The translations under genes and the position numbers were made by a program. A stretch of 32,000 nucleotides of DNA, from contig OZ245371.1 in NCBI GenBank assembly GCA_965226665.1, positions 546,193 through 578,192 of the forward strand. Direction: 5' to 3'. Below are positions 18,568-27,428 of this stretch, in pieces. Numbering within the stretch: the first letter of the stretch is position 1; each line of letters begins with the position of its first letter. The notes beneath the pieces were generated by a model, which was given only the letters and a program-made list of their open reading frames with translations, searched no databases and was not told the DNA's origin. This stretch comes from Rivularia sp. (in: cyanobacteria). Lineage in GTDB: Bacteria > Cyanobacteriota > Cyanobacteriia > Cyanobacteriales > Nostocaceae.

Positions 18568-18595
18568 TTAGATGTCGCGAATTAGATGTCGCGAA
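18568..18595. repeat. Perfect tandem duplication 2 x 14 bp, ttagatgtcgcgaa
   Basis: The units are 18568-18581 and 18582-18595, each containing the palindrome TCGCGA. They lie 10-37 nt upstream of the hypothetical gene start on the minus strand. Confidence 0.9.
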
Positions 18596-18663
18596 GAACT
18601 TAGAAAGGATGTATTACTACTACAGAATGGATTCAATGAATTATGATTTTGCTGAAAATTTAC

Positions 18664-19572
18664 TTATTCTAAGATAAAGTCGGCGATCGCCTTATCTTTC
18701 TCTACAGGTGTAATATCGGGAACGCTTAACAAAACCGAACGCTGAGTAAATTTACTATCTGGTTTATTTTGAATTCGTCTTTCTACTCGATTAGGAATAC
18801 CGTAACCGTATACAATATGCCCTTGCCCTGCTAAGACAACCATTTGAGAGTCGGGGTTGGCTTTTATAAATTTAGCGATACCGTCAGCCATTGTTTCATC
18901 CCACAATACCTGGGCTAGAAAAAAGCGATTTGCACTATTGCTGTTTCCATGCCCCGCGCTTTGATGTTGTTCAAATGCTTTTAACACCATTTGCCGGTAT
19001 GCTATGTTATCCAATCGAATTTCTGTAATCGGCGGAATTAATTCTTTTTCTGCATTAGTGAGTTTTTCTATGCCTTCTTTTGAAACTTTACGGCTAATTT
19101 CACTAGGAGTATTTAAAGCTAAAACGGGTATTTGTTTTTCTTTTGCAAACCGTAGGATAGGAGCATAAAGTTCCCAATCAAAACCCCAACGATTTTTATA
19201 TTCAGTTTTTTCAACTAGCTGTGTTTCAGTGATTTTTCCGGCAATATATTGATTGATAATTTCTTGAAAGGGGCGTTGAAACATTTCCATCCCAATGGCA
19301 ATTTTGGGATTATTTTTGTATAGCTCTTGAATAATTTTTAATTGATTTTGATGATGTTGAGAGTTATCGTGAATTTCTCCAAGATATACTACTTTAGCTT
19401 TTTTTAATTCGGGTAATATTTGGTTTAAATTATCAACGCATTGACTGTTAGAGAATTGAGTCTTACAAGAAGTTGTGTTGTTAGGTTGAGCGTAACTTGT
19501 ACAAGAAAAAAGAAAAAATATTCCTACTGATAAAGCAAATAATTTACTCAAATAAAAAGGTGCAGGCTGCAT
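18664..19572 (-). CDS. ChaN-family (Tiki/haem-binding uptake-like) lipoprotein
   Basis: Signal peptide with a lipobox (FFLFSC). The pattern VVYLGEIHDNSQHHQNQLKIIQEL...IAIGMEMFQRPFQ...NRWGFDWELYAPILRFAKEKQIPVLALN is typical of ChaN-like proteins. Confidence 0.7.
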   Translation of the reverse strand: MQPAPFYLSKLFALSVGIFFLFSCTSYAQPNNTTSCKTQFSNSQCVDNLNQILPELKKAKVVYLGEIHDNSQHHQNQLKIIQELYKNNPKIAIGMEMFQRPFQEIINQYIAGKITETQLVEKTEYKNRWGFDWELYAPILRFAKEKQIPVLALNTPSEISRKVSKEGIEKLTNAEKELIPPITEIRLDNIAYRQMVLKAFEQHQSAGHGNSNSANRFFLAQVLWDETMADGIAKFIKANPDSQMVVLAGQGHIVYGYGIPNRVERRIQNKPDSKFTQRSVLLSVPDITPVEKDKAIADFILE

Positions 19573-19761
19573 ATTTTTGATGAAGTTGAGAATAGCAATT
19601 TTATCGATCGATAAATCGAATACATAAATGGTAGTCGAAATTAAAATAATTGGCTCATCAGTTGTTAGTATGCCAAATTGTGAGTAAAAATCGCTAAAAG
19701 AATTGTTGTGCCAGGATTTAGCGTTTTATATGTTTTTTTTAATAATTTTACTTGATTTTTC

Positions 19762-19791
19762 CCTACTGCCTACTGCCCACTGCCTACTGCC
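19762..19791. repeat. STRR heptamer tract (CCTACTG x4)
   Basis: cctactg cctactg cccactg cctactg cc. Confidence 0.85.
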
Positions 19792-19936
19792 TTAAAACGA
19801 CTATTTATATAGCATACTAAGTACTGAAGAACCAAATAATTTAGATTTTTCAAATCTCTACAAATCTGATTTTTTATGAAAAAATAGTTATGGACTTGAT
19901 TTAAGAGAATAAAAACAAATTCCTCAAATTCAACAT

Positions 19937-20221
19937 ATGGCTCTTTTAAAATTTAAACCAGAAGTGACTACCGACAAAATAGAGTATTTATTTGATCAAC
20001 TTGCACAATTAAAACAATTAATTCCAGGTATAACTTATTTTTCTGGCGGTTGCTATTCTAGTAATGAAGGACTAAATAAAGATTTTAACCACGGCTTTCT
20101 AACGACTTTCGAGAGTATAGAAGCACGAGATATTTATTTACCTCATCCTCTTCATGAACGAGTCAAAGCAGAAATATTACCTTGTATTGACGACATCATT
20201 GTATTTGATTTTGAAGCTTAA
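19937..20221 (+). CDS. Dabb-family (stress-responsive alpha/beta barrel) protein
   Basis: 94 aa. The motifs FNHGFLTTFESIEARDIYLPHPLHERVK and the size fit Dabb domain proteins. Confidence 0.75.
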   Translation: MALLKFKPEVTTDKIEYLFDQLAQLKQLIPGITYFSGGCYSSNEGLNKDFNHGFLTTFESIEARDIYLPHPLHERVKAEILPCIDDIIVFDFEA

Positions 20222-20577
20222 TAAACCGTTTCATCTTGTTTACGCCAAGCTGGATCTACAATGCAAATAAATACTAATGGTTCACTGCCACAACTGCGAA
20301 CAAATTGTTTTGCATTGGGAGGAATGTACACAGCATCACCTGGTTCTACAATTTGGATTTCATCATCAATATGCATTTCTCCCTTACCAGTAAGAATGTA
20401 GTAAACTTCCGAAGTTGTTAAAGAGTGCGCTTGGGAAGTTTTTCCGACTGGTAATGTTGCATGAGCAAAACTGTAGCGCAATTCTAAAGGTTGCTTATCT
20501 GGGTGAAGCAATTCTCGTAAAATAGTATTGTCACCCGCGATAAATTCCGGACAATCTAACAGTTTTTTTACAAACAT
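20218..20577 (-). CDS. Cupin domain protein
   Basis: 119 aa. HSLTTSEVYYILTGKGEMHIDDEIQIVEPGDAVYIPPNAKQFVRSCGSEPLVFICI matches the two-motif cupin_2 pattern. Confidence 0.75.
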   Translation of the reverse strand: MFVKKLLDCPEFIAGDNTILRELLHPDKQPLELRYSFAHATLPVGKTSQAHSLTTSEVYYILTGKGEMHIDDEIQIVEPGDAVYIPPNAKQFVRSCGSEPLVFICIVDPAWRKQDETVY

Positions 20578-20582
20578 TAAAT

Positions 20583-20636
20583 GTTAGTGGTTAATTGTTA
20601 GTGGTTAATTGTTAGTGGTTAGTTGTTAGTTGTTAA
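20583..20636. repeat. STRR tract (gttagtggttaatt units decaying to gttagtt heptamers)
   Basis: gttagtggttaatt gttagtggttaatt gttagtggttagtt gttagttgttaat. Confidence 0.85.
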
Positions 20637-20663
20637 TAGAAAGACTATCAACTATCAAAAAAT

Positions 20664-20954
20664 CTAATACAACATTGGATTTGTTTTAGGTTGATAATCC
20701 ATGCATTCTATAGCTTCTTCGGTATTAGCCATAGAAGGATTGACGGTACATTTTAGACGGTAATTGTCAGTAAAATATTGACAACCAGAACATGGAATTT
20801 GATGCATTTGCTGTGCTGTTTTCACGCTATCTCGTGCAGCAGTCCACATACTCCAGCCTAATAAAATAACTAATCCCCAAGCACAGAAAAAGCAAATAGG
20901 CACTAAGAAAGGCTGAATCGCATTAACTAAGAAATAAAGTATTTGAAACAACAT
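20664..20954 (-). CDS. Small membrane protein with a Cys-containing C-terminal domain, hypothetical
   Basis: 96 aa. Two hydrophobic segments are followed by IPCSGCQYFTDNYRLKCTVNP...AIECMDY. Confidence 0.55.
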   Translation of the reverse strand: MLFQILYFLVNAIQPFLVPICFFCAWGLVILLGWSMWTAARDSVKTAQQMHQIPCSGCQYFTDNYRLKCTVNPSMANTEEAIECMDYQPKTNPMLY

Positions 20955-20958
20955 TTTA

Positions 20959-21082
20959 GGTCAAAGGTTAGAGGTTAAAGGTCAAAGGTTAGAGGTTAAA
21001 AGTCAAAGGTTAGAAGTCAAAACTAATCTTTATCCACTGCTGGCTGTTAACTGCTCACTGTTAACTGCTCACTGGTAACTGA
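20959..21082. repeat. Two adjacent STRR tracts
   Basis: The first is nine heptamers, ggtcaaa ggttaga ggttaaa repeated (20959-21021). The second is ctgctgg ctgttaa ctgctca ctgttaa ctgctca ctggtaa (21038-21082), which abuts the chlG stop. Confidence 0.85.
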
Positions 21083-22066
21083 TTAAACACCCGAATGACC
21101 GAGTGCTATACCCGCGACTAACATTCCTAAAACTAGAAATGGTTGGGCACTAGCTTGATATTTTACATCGTTTTCTAAGGGGTCGCGCAGGAAGTACATA
21201 TCTTGCAACGTGATTTGTGGGATAACTAGCAGAAGTAGTATTGCAGCGTACAAATTTTGATGCAGGTAAATTAAATATGCTGCGATCGCAACTTGAAAAA
21301 TATCAATCATTCCGGCGCAAATCCAAGCTGCTTTTTTAACACCAAAGACTACTGGTAAAGATTTCAGTCCAAATTGCTTATCACCTTCTACGCTCTTAAA
21401 GTCGTTGACGATGGCAATTCCTAAGCCTGCCAAACTATATACAACGGTGAATACTACTACTTTCAAATTTAGTTCGCCGAATAATGCATGACCAGTACAC
21501 CAAGGAAAAGCAATGTAGCTCGCACCAAGGGCATAACCGCCCAACCAGCCATTTTGCTTAAGTTTAAGTGGCGGCGCGGAATAAATATAGGCGATTATAA
21601 TACCAAGTACCGCGATAACTGAAATAGTTGGAAACTCATTTCCCGCCCATCTATCCAAAGCGATCGCCAAACCTAAGCCAGCAAACATTAATACCCAGAT
21701 TTGCGTAATTACCTGGGGTAAAGGAATTGCACCGGAAGGAATTGGACGATAAGGTTCGTTGACAGCATCAATTTCGCGGTCGTAATATTCGTTTAAAGTT
21801 TGGGTATAACCTGCCAAAATTGGTCCGGCAAGCAACATACAAGCCGCCGACTTGAGGACATTTTCCGTCTGCCAGGTATAGTTACCCGAAGAAGCCGCAC
21901 CACAGACAACTCCCCAAATCAAGGGAATCCAGGTAATCGGCTTCATTAACTGCAAGCGAATTTTCCATATAGAAGTTTCACCAGACGCTGCACCCTTCAT
22001 TCCTAGCAACTGTCTGGTTTTAGCACTGCGGTCGGCATCTGATTTTGATTGAGTTGATTCAGACAT
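21083..22066 (-). CDS. chlG: Chlorophyll a synthase (UbiA-family prenyltransferase)
   Basis: 327 aa. The sequence LLGMKGA...IWKIRLQLMKPITWIPLIWGVVCGAASSG...NEYYDREIDAVNEPYRPIPSGAI is the characteristic ChlG N-terminal and Asp-rich region, with multiple transmembrane segments. Confidence 0.9.
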   Translation of the reverse strand: MSESTQSKSDADRSAKTRQLLGMKGAASGETSIWKIRLQLMKPITWIPLIWGVVCGAASSGNYTWQTENVLKSAACMLLAGPILAGYTQTLNEYYDREIDAVNEPYRPIPSGAIPLPQVITQIWVLMFAGLGLAIALDRWAGNEFPTISVIAVLGIIIAYIYSAPPLKLKQNGWLGGYALGASYIAFPWCTGHALFGELNLKVVVFTVVYSLAGLGIAIVNDFKSVEGDKQFGLKSLPVVFGVKKAAWICAGMIDIFQVAIAAYLIYLHQNLYAAILLLLVIPQITLQDMYFLRDPLENDVKYQASAQPFLVLGMLVAGIALGHSGV

Positions 22067-22075
22067 TTTTCTCTA

Positions 22076-22261
22076 AATTGGGAATTGGGAATTGGGCATT
22101 GGGCATCATGACTGGTTCCCAGTCTCTGGCTGGGAACCCTTATACAGGAGGCTCTGCCTCCAGTTAAAGAGAAGAGGCAGAGCCTCTTAAAAGGCATTCC
22201 CAGGTGGAACCTGGGAACGAGAAAACTCCTAACCACTAACCACTAACAACTAACAACTAAC
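22076..22261. repeat. STRR heptamers flanking four consecutive GC-rich hairpin repeats upstream of chlG
   Basis: aattggg-type heptamers run over 22076-22106. The hairpins are ggttcccagtctctggctgggaacc, ggaggctctgcctcc, agaggcagagcctct and ttcccaggtggaacctgggaa (22113-22221). ctaacca/ctaacaa heptamers run over 22229-22261. Confidence 0.85.
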
Positions 22262-22266
22262 GTATC

Positions 22267-23367
22267 TTAAAACGAAATTATCAAATATTGGTTTTGAAAT
22301 TTCGCACCCGCTACGGGTTTACCGCTGAGGGCTGGAGGTAATAATATATTTCTTCTTTGATCTCCGGCTTCTATGGTGACTTCTGGGCCATATTGAGTTA
22401 GTTTGACTTGTTTTTTGTCAAAACCTGGCAGGAATAACCGCACCTGACGGGCGTTGACATCAATTTCTATTGGTCTGGGGGCTTGTTGTGTTTGTACTGT
22501 AAAGTCAGGTAGAGCATCTATTAATGGCTGCCAGTTTCCTTCTTTAATATCTGGGATATTAGTTACTTGTAAGGGAGCAAAGTCTTCGGAGACACTTGAA
22601 TTACCATCGGGAGAAATAACAATAACACCACCAATAGTTAAACCAACCTGTTGGGCACTTCCCCACAGATAACGACTTGTTACCACTTCGATGGGGTCTG
22701 CTGTTGTTACCAAAAAAGCGCTAAACTGCTGGGGATTGGCAAGAACTTGTTTACCTTTATCCAAGATGTTAGTCGCTTGATTTGTTGGTTGAGCAAAGTT
22801 ATCTGCCATCGGGTTGATGTTGAGAAAAGTGGAAATTAACGGTTGGATAAAAGGTGAATCAGAGATTGTTCTTCCTAAATCCGAATTGACAAACAATTGC
22901 CGAAAACGACGCACGTACCAGCTGATAGATTCGGGCATTCCCAACATCCGTAAGGTATTTAAATCGCCCGTACCGTTGTAGACTATAGCGTCATATTTTC
23001 CGCTCTCAAAATATTCGCGGATAGCATTAAGTGCCAAAGCGCCATCCATCCCAGGTAAGATTGATAACTCTTGCCCGTATACGTCTTTGAGTATAGGTGT
23101 TTTAAGATATTGCGCTTCCAATTTCTTAACTTCTTCCCAATTGCGTTCTAACAACACGGAAGATTGAAACTGTACCGCTTGTAAATTAGCACCAATTTCT
23201 TGAGGATCTGGGCCTAAATCGGCACCCAACATAACGGGTAAAACGGGTTCCGCACCACTTGCTAAAAGAACCCGCTTCCCTTGATTTGCAAGGGATTTCG
23301 CAGACGCGATCGCAATCTTAGTTCGAGCCGCGCTGCTTTCACCCAAAAAGGTTAATATCTGGGACAT
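22267..23367 (-). CDS. ArsA/Get3-fold protein with a C-terminal alpha-crystallin (HSP20-like) domain (Get3d-like)
   Basis: The likely start is ATG at 23367 (MSQILTFLGESSAARTKIAIASAKSLANQGKRVLLAS). The track ORF extends to 23406. It has an ArsA-like core and a C-terminal IEIDVNARQVRLFLPGFDKKQVKLTQYGPEVTIEAGDQRRNILLP. The P-loop position reads GESSAARTK rather than GKGGVGKT. Confidence 0.65.
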   Translation of the reverse strand: MSQILTFLGESSAARTKIAIASAKSLANQGKRVLLASGAEPVLPVMLGADLGPDPQEIGANLQAVQFQSSVLLERNWEEVKKLEAQYLKTPILKDVYGQELSILPGMDGALALNAIREYFESGKYDAIVYNGTGDLNTLRMLGMPESISWYVRRFRQLFVNSDLGRTISDSPFIQPLISTFLNINPMADNFAQPTNQATNILDKGKQVLANPQQFSAFLVTTADPIEVVTSRYLWGSAQQVGLTIGGVIVISPDGNSSVSEDFAPLQVTNIPDIKEGNWQPLIDALPDFTVQTQQAPRPIEIDVNARQVRLFLPGFDKKQVKLTQYGPEVTIEAGDQRRNILLPPALSGKPVAGAKFQNQYLIISF

Positions 23368-23436
23368 TTTATAAATTCCAATTTCCGCTCTTACAATCAA
23401 CTTCAACTTAACAGCAGATTTATTTAAGACGCTTCC

Positions 23437-23637
23437 CTAAGAAGGCACAAGTTTTAATTCATCTTCAAAAAACCAAGTGGCAGAATTGTCATCAAACTTA
23501 ACTACGCACCCAATACCCATACCATCAGTTAATTTGAAATCTTTAATGGTACCGACTTTCCCTAACTTGCCAGATGTATTTCTGGAAGATAAGCGATCGC
23601 GCAAACGAACTACCTTAACTTTTTGTCCTACTTCCAT
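23437..23637 (-). CDS. PetP-like small SH3-fold protein (cytochrome b6f-associated, DUF2862-type)
   Basis: 66 aa. The pattern MEVGQKVKVVRLRDRL...GKLGKVGTIKDFKLTDGMGIGCVVKFDDNSATWFFEDEL matches what I remember for Ssr2998/PetP. It was not verified by search. Confidence 0.55.
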   Translation of the reverse strand: MEVGQKVKVVRLRDRLSSRNTSGKLGKVGTIKDFKLTDGMGIGCVVKFDDNSATWFFEDELKLVPS

Positions 23638-23710
23638 ACCGAATTATAAATAATGCACTAAACCAAGACTCAGTTTAGCTGAATAAGGGACTTCTGGGAA
23701 TTGGGCAGGG

Positions 23711-23759
23711 GAGTTATGAGTTATGAGTTAAGAGTTATGAGTTATGAGTTATGAGTTAC
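23711..23759. repeat. STRR heptamer tract (GAGTTAT x7)
   Basis: gagttat gagttat gagttaa gagttat gagttat gagttat gagttac. Confidence 0.9.
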
Positions 23760-23840
23760 AAAATCATCGTAGTGTTCGCATCCCCATCAAGATTTCTTTT
23801 TATTTTCCAATCTTGCCCTATTAACAAATCCTAATTACCC

Positions 23841-23876
23841 ATGCCAATGCCCAATGCCCAATGCTCTATGCCCAAT
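23841..23876. repeat. STRR heptamer tract (AATGCCC-type)
   Basis: atgccaatgcccaatgcccaatgctctatgcccaat. Confidence 0.85.
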
Positions 23877-24059
23877 TAGTTGTATAATTATTAAAAAATT
23901 TTGGTTAAAAAATATGATTTAAAGTAACTTTTATTACTATTATGTAAAGAATATTTCCTGTAGACAGTTGCTTACAAAGAAGAATGATTCAGGTTTTTGA
24001 CGGTTATAAATAGGTTATCAATAGACTTTGACCGCTAATTACGAATTGATAATTAATGT

Positions 24060-24935
24060 GTGAGGAATGGGAAGTCTATGGGAACAATGCGTTTATTTGC
24101 AAGCATTTCGGGTAGGTTGAGACGAGTTTTACCGATTAGCGATCGGTGGTGGACGAAGTTTGATTTATTAAGAACTTTGGTCAGACGAGATTTAGAAGCA
24201 CGGTATAAGGGTTCTGTTTTAGGTAATTTATGGTCTATAGTTAATCCACTCTCGCAACTGCTTATTTACACTTACGTGTTTTCCGTAGTGCTAAAAGTGA
24301 AGCTGAGTCTTAAGGGATTGCCAGCAAATGAAAATGTATCGTTCGGATTATGGCTATTTGCAGGATTGCTTCCTTGGATTGCTTTCAGTACGGGTTTAGT
24401 TCAATCTGCTGGTTCGGTAATCGGACAACCAAATTTAGTTAAAAAAGTTGTATTTCCGTTAAGCTTATTACCTTTAGTACCGATTTTTTCAGCTTTTATC
24501 GAGAGTTCTTTTGGCTTGATAATGCTGATTTTTTTTGTAGCTTTGTCCTCCGGGACTTTACATACAACCTTAGCGTTATTACCTTTGGTTTGGATACCGC
24601 AGCTATTACTTACCGCTGGTTTAGGTTACTTAGCGGCAGGATTAACCGTATTTTTACGGGATATTCCGCAAACGTTAAATGTTATTCTAAATATTTGGTT
24701 TTACGCAACGCCCATTGTTTACCCAGCCACATCTATTCCCGAAAGCTGGCAGAGATTGGTGCTATGGGTGAATCCACTGGCGGCGATTGTAGAGATTTAC
24801 CGGGACTTTGTTTTAGTGGGGGAAGTTAAACATTGGGGTGAATTGGGAGTAGCTTTTACTATATCGGTAATTATATTTTGTATCGGTATTTTAACATACA
24901 GAAAATTACGTCCGGGTTTTGCAGATGTTCTTTAG
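24060..24935 (+). CDS. ABC-2 type polysaccharide/O-antigen export permease (Wzm-like)
   Basis: The N-terminal part reads LLRTLVRRDLEARYKGSVLGNLWSIVNPLSQLLIYTYVFSVV, followed by six predicted transmembrane segments. It sits beside a Wzt-like ATPase. The start is uncertain (GTG 24060, ATG 24078 or ATG 24087). Confidence 0.85.
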   Translation: MRNGKSMGTMRLFASISGRLRRVLPISDRWWTKFDLLRTLVRRDLEARYKGSVLGNLWSIVNPLSQLLIYTYVFSVVLKVKLSLKGLPANENVSFGLWLFAGLLPWIAFSTGLVQSAGSVIGQPNLVKKVVFPLSLLPLVPIFSAFIESSFGLIMLIFFVALSSGTLHTTLALLPLVWIPQLLLTAGLGYLAAGLTVFLRDIPQTLNVILNIWFYATPIVYPATSIPESWQRLVLWVNPLAAIVEIYRDFVLVGEVKHWGELGVAFTISVIIFCIGILTYRKLRPGFADVL

Positions 24936-24975
24936 TATACATTGTTATTCGTAGATAATTACAGGGAGATTAAGC

Positions 24976-26051
24976 ATGGTGAGGAAGGCGTTAATTACTG
25001 GTATAACAGGTCAAGATGGTTCTTATCTAAGCGAATTATTGTTAGAAAAAGGTTATGAAGTTCATGGTGTTATTCGCCGTACTTCTACTTTTAATACAGA
25101 TAGAATCGACCATATTTATACTGACCCTCATAGCGATAATGCAAGATTATTCCTCCACTATGGTGATTTAACGGATGGTACTACTCTACGTCGTATTTTA
25201 GAAACGGTAAAGCCGGATGAAATTTACAATTTAGGTGCCCAGTCCCCCATGTACGTGTAAGTTTTGACTCGCCTGAATATACAGCCGATACTGTGGGGAT
25301 GGGTGCTTTACGCTTATTAGAAGCCTTGCGAGATTATCAGCAGCGAACTGGGCTTGATGTTCATTTTTACCAAGCTGGTTCGTCCGAGATGTTTGGTAAA
25401 GTGCGAGAAGTTCCTCAATTGGAAGAAACACCTTTCTATCCTCGTAGCCCTTATGCTTGCGCGAAAGTATTTGCTCATTGGCAGACAGTAAACTACCGCG
25501 AGTCTTACGGCTTGTTTGCCTGTAACGGAATTTTGTTTAATCACGAATCACCTCGTCGTGGAGAAACTTTTGTTACTCGTAAGATTACTCGTGCTGTTGC
25601 TCAGATAGTAGCAGGAAAGCAGAAGAAGTTGTATATGGGAAACATAGATGCAAAGCGAGACTGGGGATACGCAAAAGATTACGTACAGGCAATGTGGTTA
25701 ATGTTGCAGCAAGAACAAGCAGACGATTATGTCGTTGCCACAGGTGAAACCCATTCAGTACGGGAGTTTTTAGATATTGCTTTTAACTATGTGAATCTTA
25801 AATGGGAAGATTATGTAGCCTTTGATGAGCGATATTTACGTCCAGCAGAAGTTGATTTGTTAGTTGGTAATGCAGATAAAGCAAAACAAAAACTTGATTG
25901 GGAACTGACTGTTACTTTTGAAGAGTTAGTCAAGTTGATGGTGGAAGCAGACTTACAGGCTAATGGTTTAGTTTCTCCGAATGGTAATAGTAAATTAGCA
26001 GTGAAAGATAATGCCACTATTCGTAATACGCTAAAAACTTTGATAGCTTAA
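24976..26051 (+). pseudogene. gmd: GDP-mannose 4,6-dehydratase with a frameshift in the C-run 25244-25248
   Basis: Track ORFs 24976..25260 and 25293..26051 are two parts of Gmd. The sequence [27 protein letters not shown]...EIYNLGAQS should be followed by [26 protein letters not shown], which is read in the other frame from 25248. Later motifs are [19 protein letters not shown] and [10 protein letters not shown]. Two extra C residues explain the break. Confidence 0.9.
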
Positions 26052-26120
26052 TTCTCTAATTGCCTATTGAGGGTTTTGTTGAGTAAGGAATCTGAATTGT
26101 AATAGTAAAAATGTGGTGTT

Positions 26121-27422
26121 ATGAGTGAGGAAATTGCAATTTCCCTAAAGAACATTTCAAAATGTTACAAGCGGTATGCTCGTCCAGTGGATCGGCTCAA
26201 AGAAATTTTACTGCCAGGGAAGAGTCACGCGCAAGAATTTTGGGCATTAAAAGATATTGATTTAGAAATTTTCAAAGGTGAAACTTTAGGGATTATCGGT
26301 CAAAATGGTTCTGGAAAAAGTACGCTGTTACAAATTATCGCCGGAACATTGACACCGACGACGGGAGATGTATTTGTTAACGGTCGAATTTCAGCTTTAT
26401 TAGAATTAGGTAGCGGTTTTAATCCCGAATTTACGGGAAGACAGAATGTATTTTTTAATGGGCGGATATTAGGTTTAAGTAACGAAGAAATTGCGGCTAA
26501 ATTTGATGATATTGCTGCTTTTGCTGAAATAGGCGAATTCATCGATCGCTCGGTAAAGACTTATTCTAGCGGGATGGTAGTTAGATTAGCATTCGCGGTT
26601 ATTGCTAACACCGAACCAAGCATATTAATAGTAGATGAAGCATTAGCTGTTGGAGATGCGAGATTTCAAGCAAAATGCATGAAGCGCATTCGTCAGTTAA
26701 AAGAGCAAGGAGTAACAATTTTATTTGTTTCTCATGATTCTTCTAGCGTCAAAATGCTATGTAAAACCGCTGTTTTGATGAATGCTGGAAAGATATTAGA
26801 AGTTGGTGAACCTAAAGAAGTAGTAAATCATTATATAGCTTTACTCAGTTCTGAAAAACAGGAAGATAAGCAAGAAAAACAAGCCCCTGGATTAAGTAAA
26901 GAAATTAGAGAAGTTGAAAATCATAATGATTTTGTAGCCAATAGTCAATCAGAAACGAAGCTGAATAGACATGGAAATCAATTAGCTGTTATTAATAGCG
27001 TTAAAATTACCGATTTAGATAATAATAAACTTAGTAAAGTAGAAACAGGAACAACTTTTCAAATTATAGTTTCTTTAGAAGCAAAAGAAGAATTAGAAAA
27101 ATTAATTGTCGGAATTTCGTTGAGAAACTTAATGGGTTTGGTGATATATGGTATCAATACTCATTTAATGAATGTTGATTTACCAGATTTACAAGCTGGA
27201 CAGCAATTAAAAGTTTGTTTTCAAATTCCTTGTCATTTAAATAAAGGTATTTATACATTTACAGTCGGTATCCATTCCGAGGAAGGTATTAGCTATGACT
27301 GGGTTGATGAATTAGTTGTATTTGAAGTTATAAATGGTAAATTTTGTGATGGTGTGGTTGACTTAAAATCAACTGTTGAAATTATTGAAGAAACAATTTG
27401 TTTAGCTAGTCAAGATATTTAA
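26121..27422 (+). CDS. Polysaccharide/O-antigen ABC exporter ATP-binding protein with a C-terminal Wzt_C-type beta-sandwich domain (Wzt-like)
   Basis: Walker A is GQNGSGKST, the signature is YSSGMVVRLAFA, and Walker B is ILIVDEALAVGD. An extra ~170-aa C-terminal domain reads NRHGNQLAVINSVKITDLDNN...GISLRNLMGLVIYGINT... Confidence 0.85.
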   Translation: MSEEIAISLKNISKCYKRYARPVDRLKEILLPGKSHAQEFWALKDIDLEIFKGETLGIIGQNGSGKSTLLQIIAGTLTPTTGDVFVNGRISALLELGSGFNPEFTGRQNVFFNGRILGLSNEEIAAKFDDIAAFAEIGEFIDRSVKTYSSGMVVRLAFAVIANTEPSILIVDEALAVGDARFQAKCMKRIRQLKEQGVTILFVSHDSSSVKMLCKTAVLMNAGKILEVGEPKEVVNHYIALLSSEKQEDKQEKQAPGLSKEIREVENHNDFVANSQSETKLNRHGNQLAVINSVKITDLDNNKLSKVETGTTFQIIVSLEAKEELEKLIVGISLRNLMGLVIYGINTHLMNVDLPDLQAGQQLKVCFQIPCHLNKGIYTFTVGIHSEEGISYDWVDELVVFEVINGKFCDGVVDLKSTVEIIEETICLASQDI

Positions 27423-27428
27423 AATATT

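Noticed and set aside
20218-20221. Convergent Dabb and cupin genes share their stop codons in a 4-nt TTAA overlap with no terminator between them.
   Set aside because: It is real in the sequence, but it is a common compact-genome arrangement and not informative by itself.
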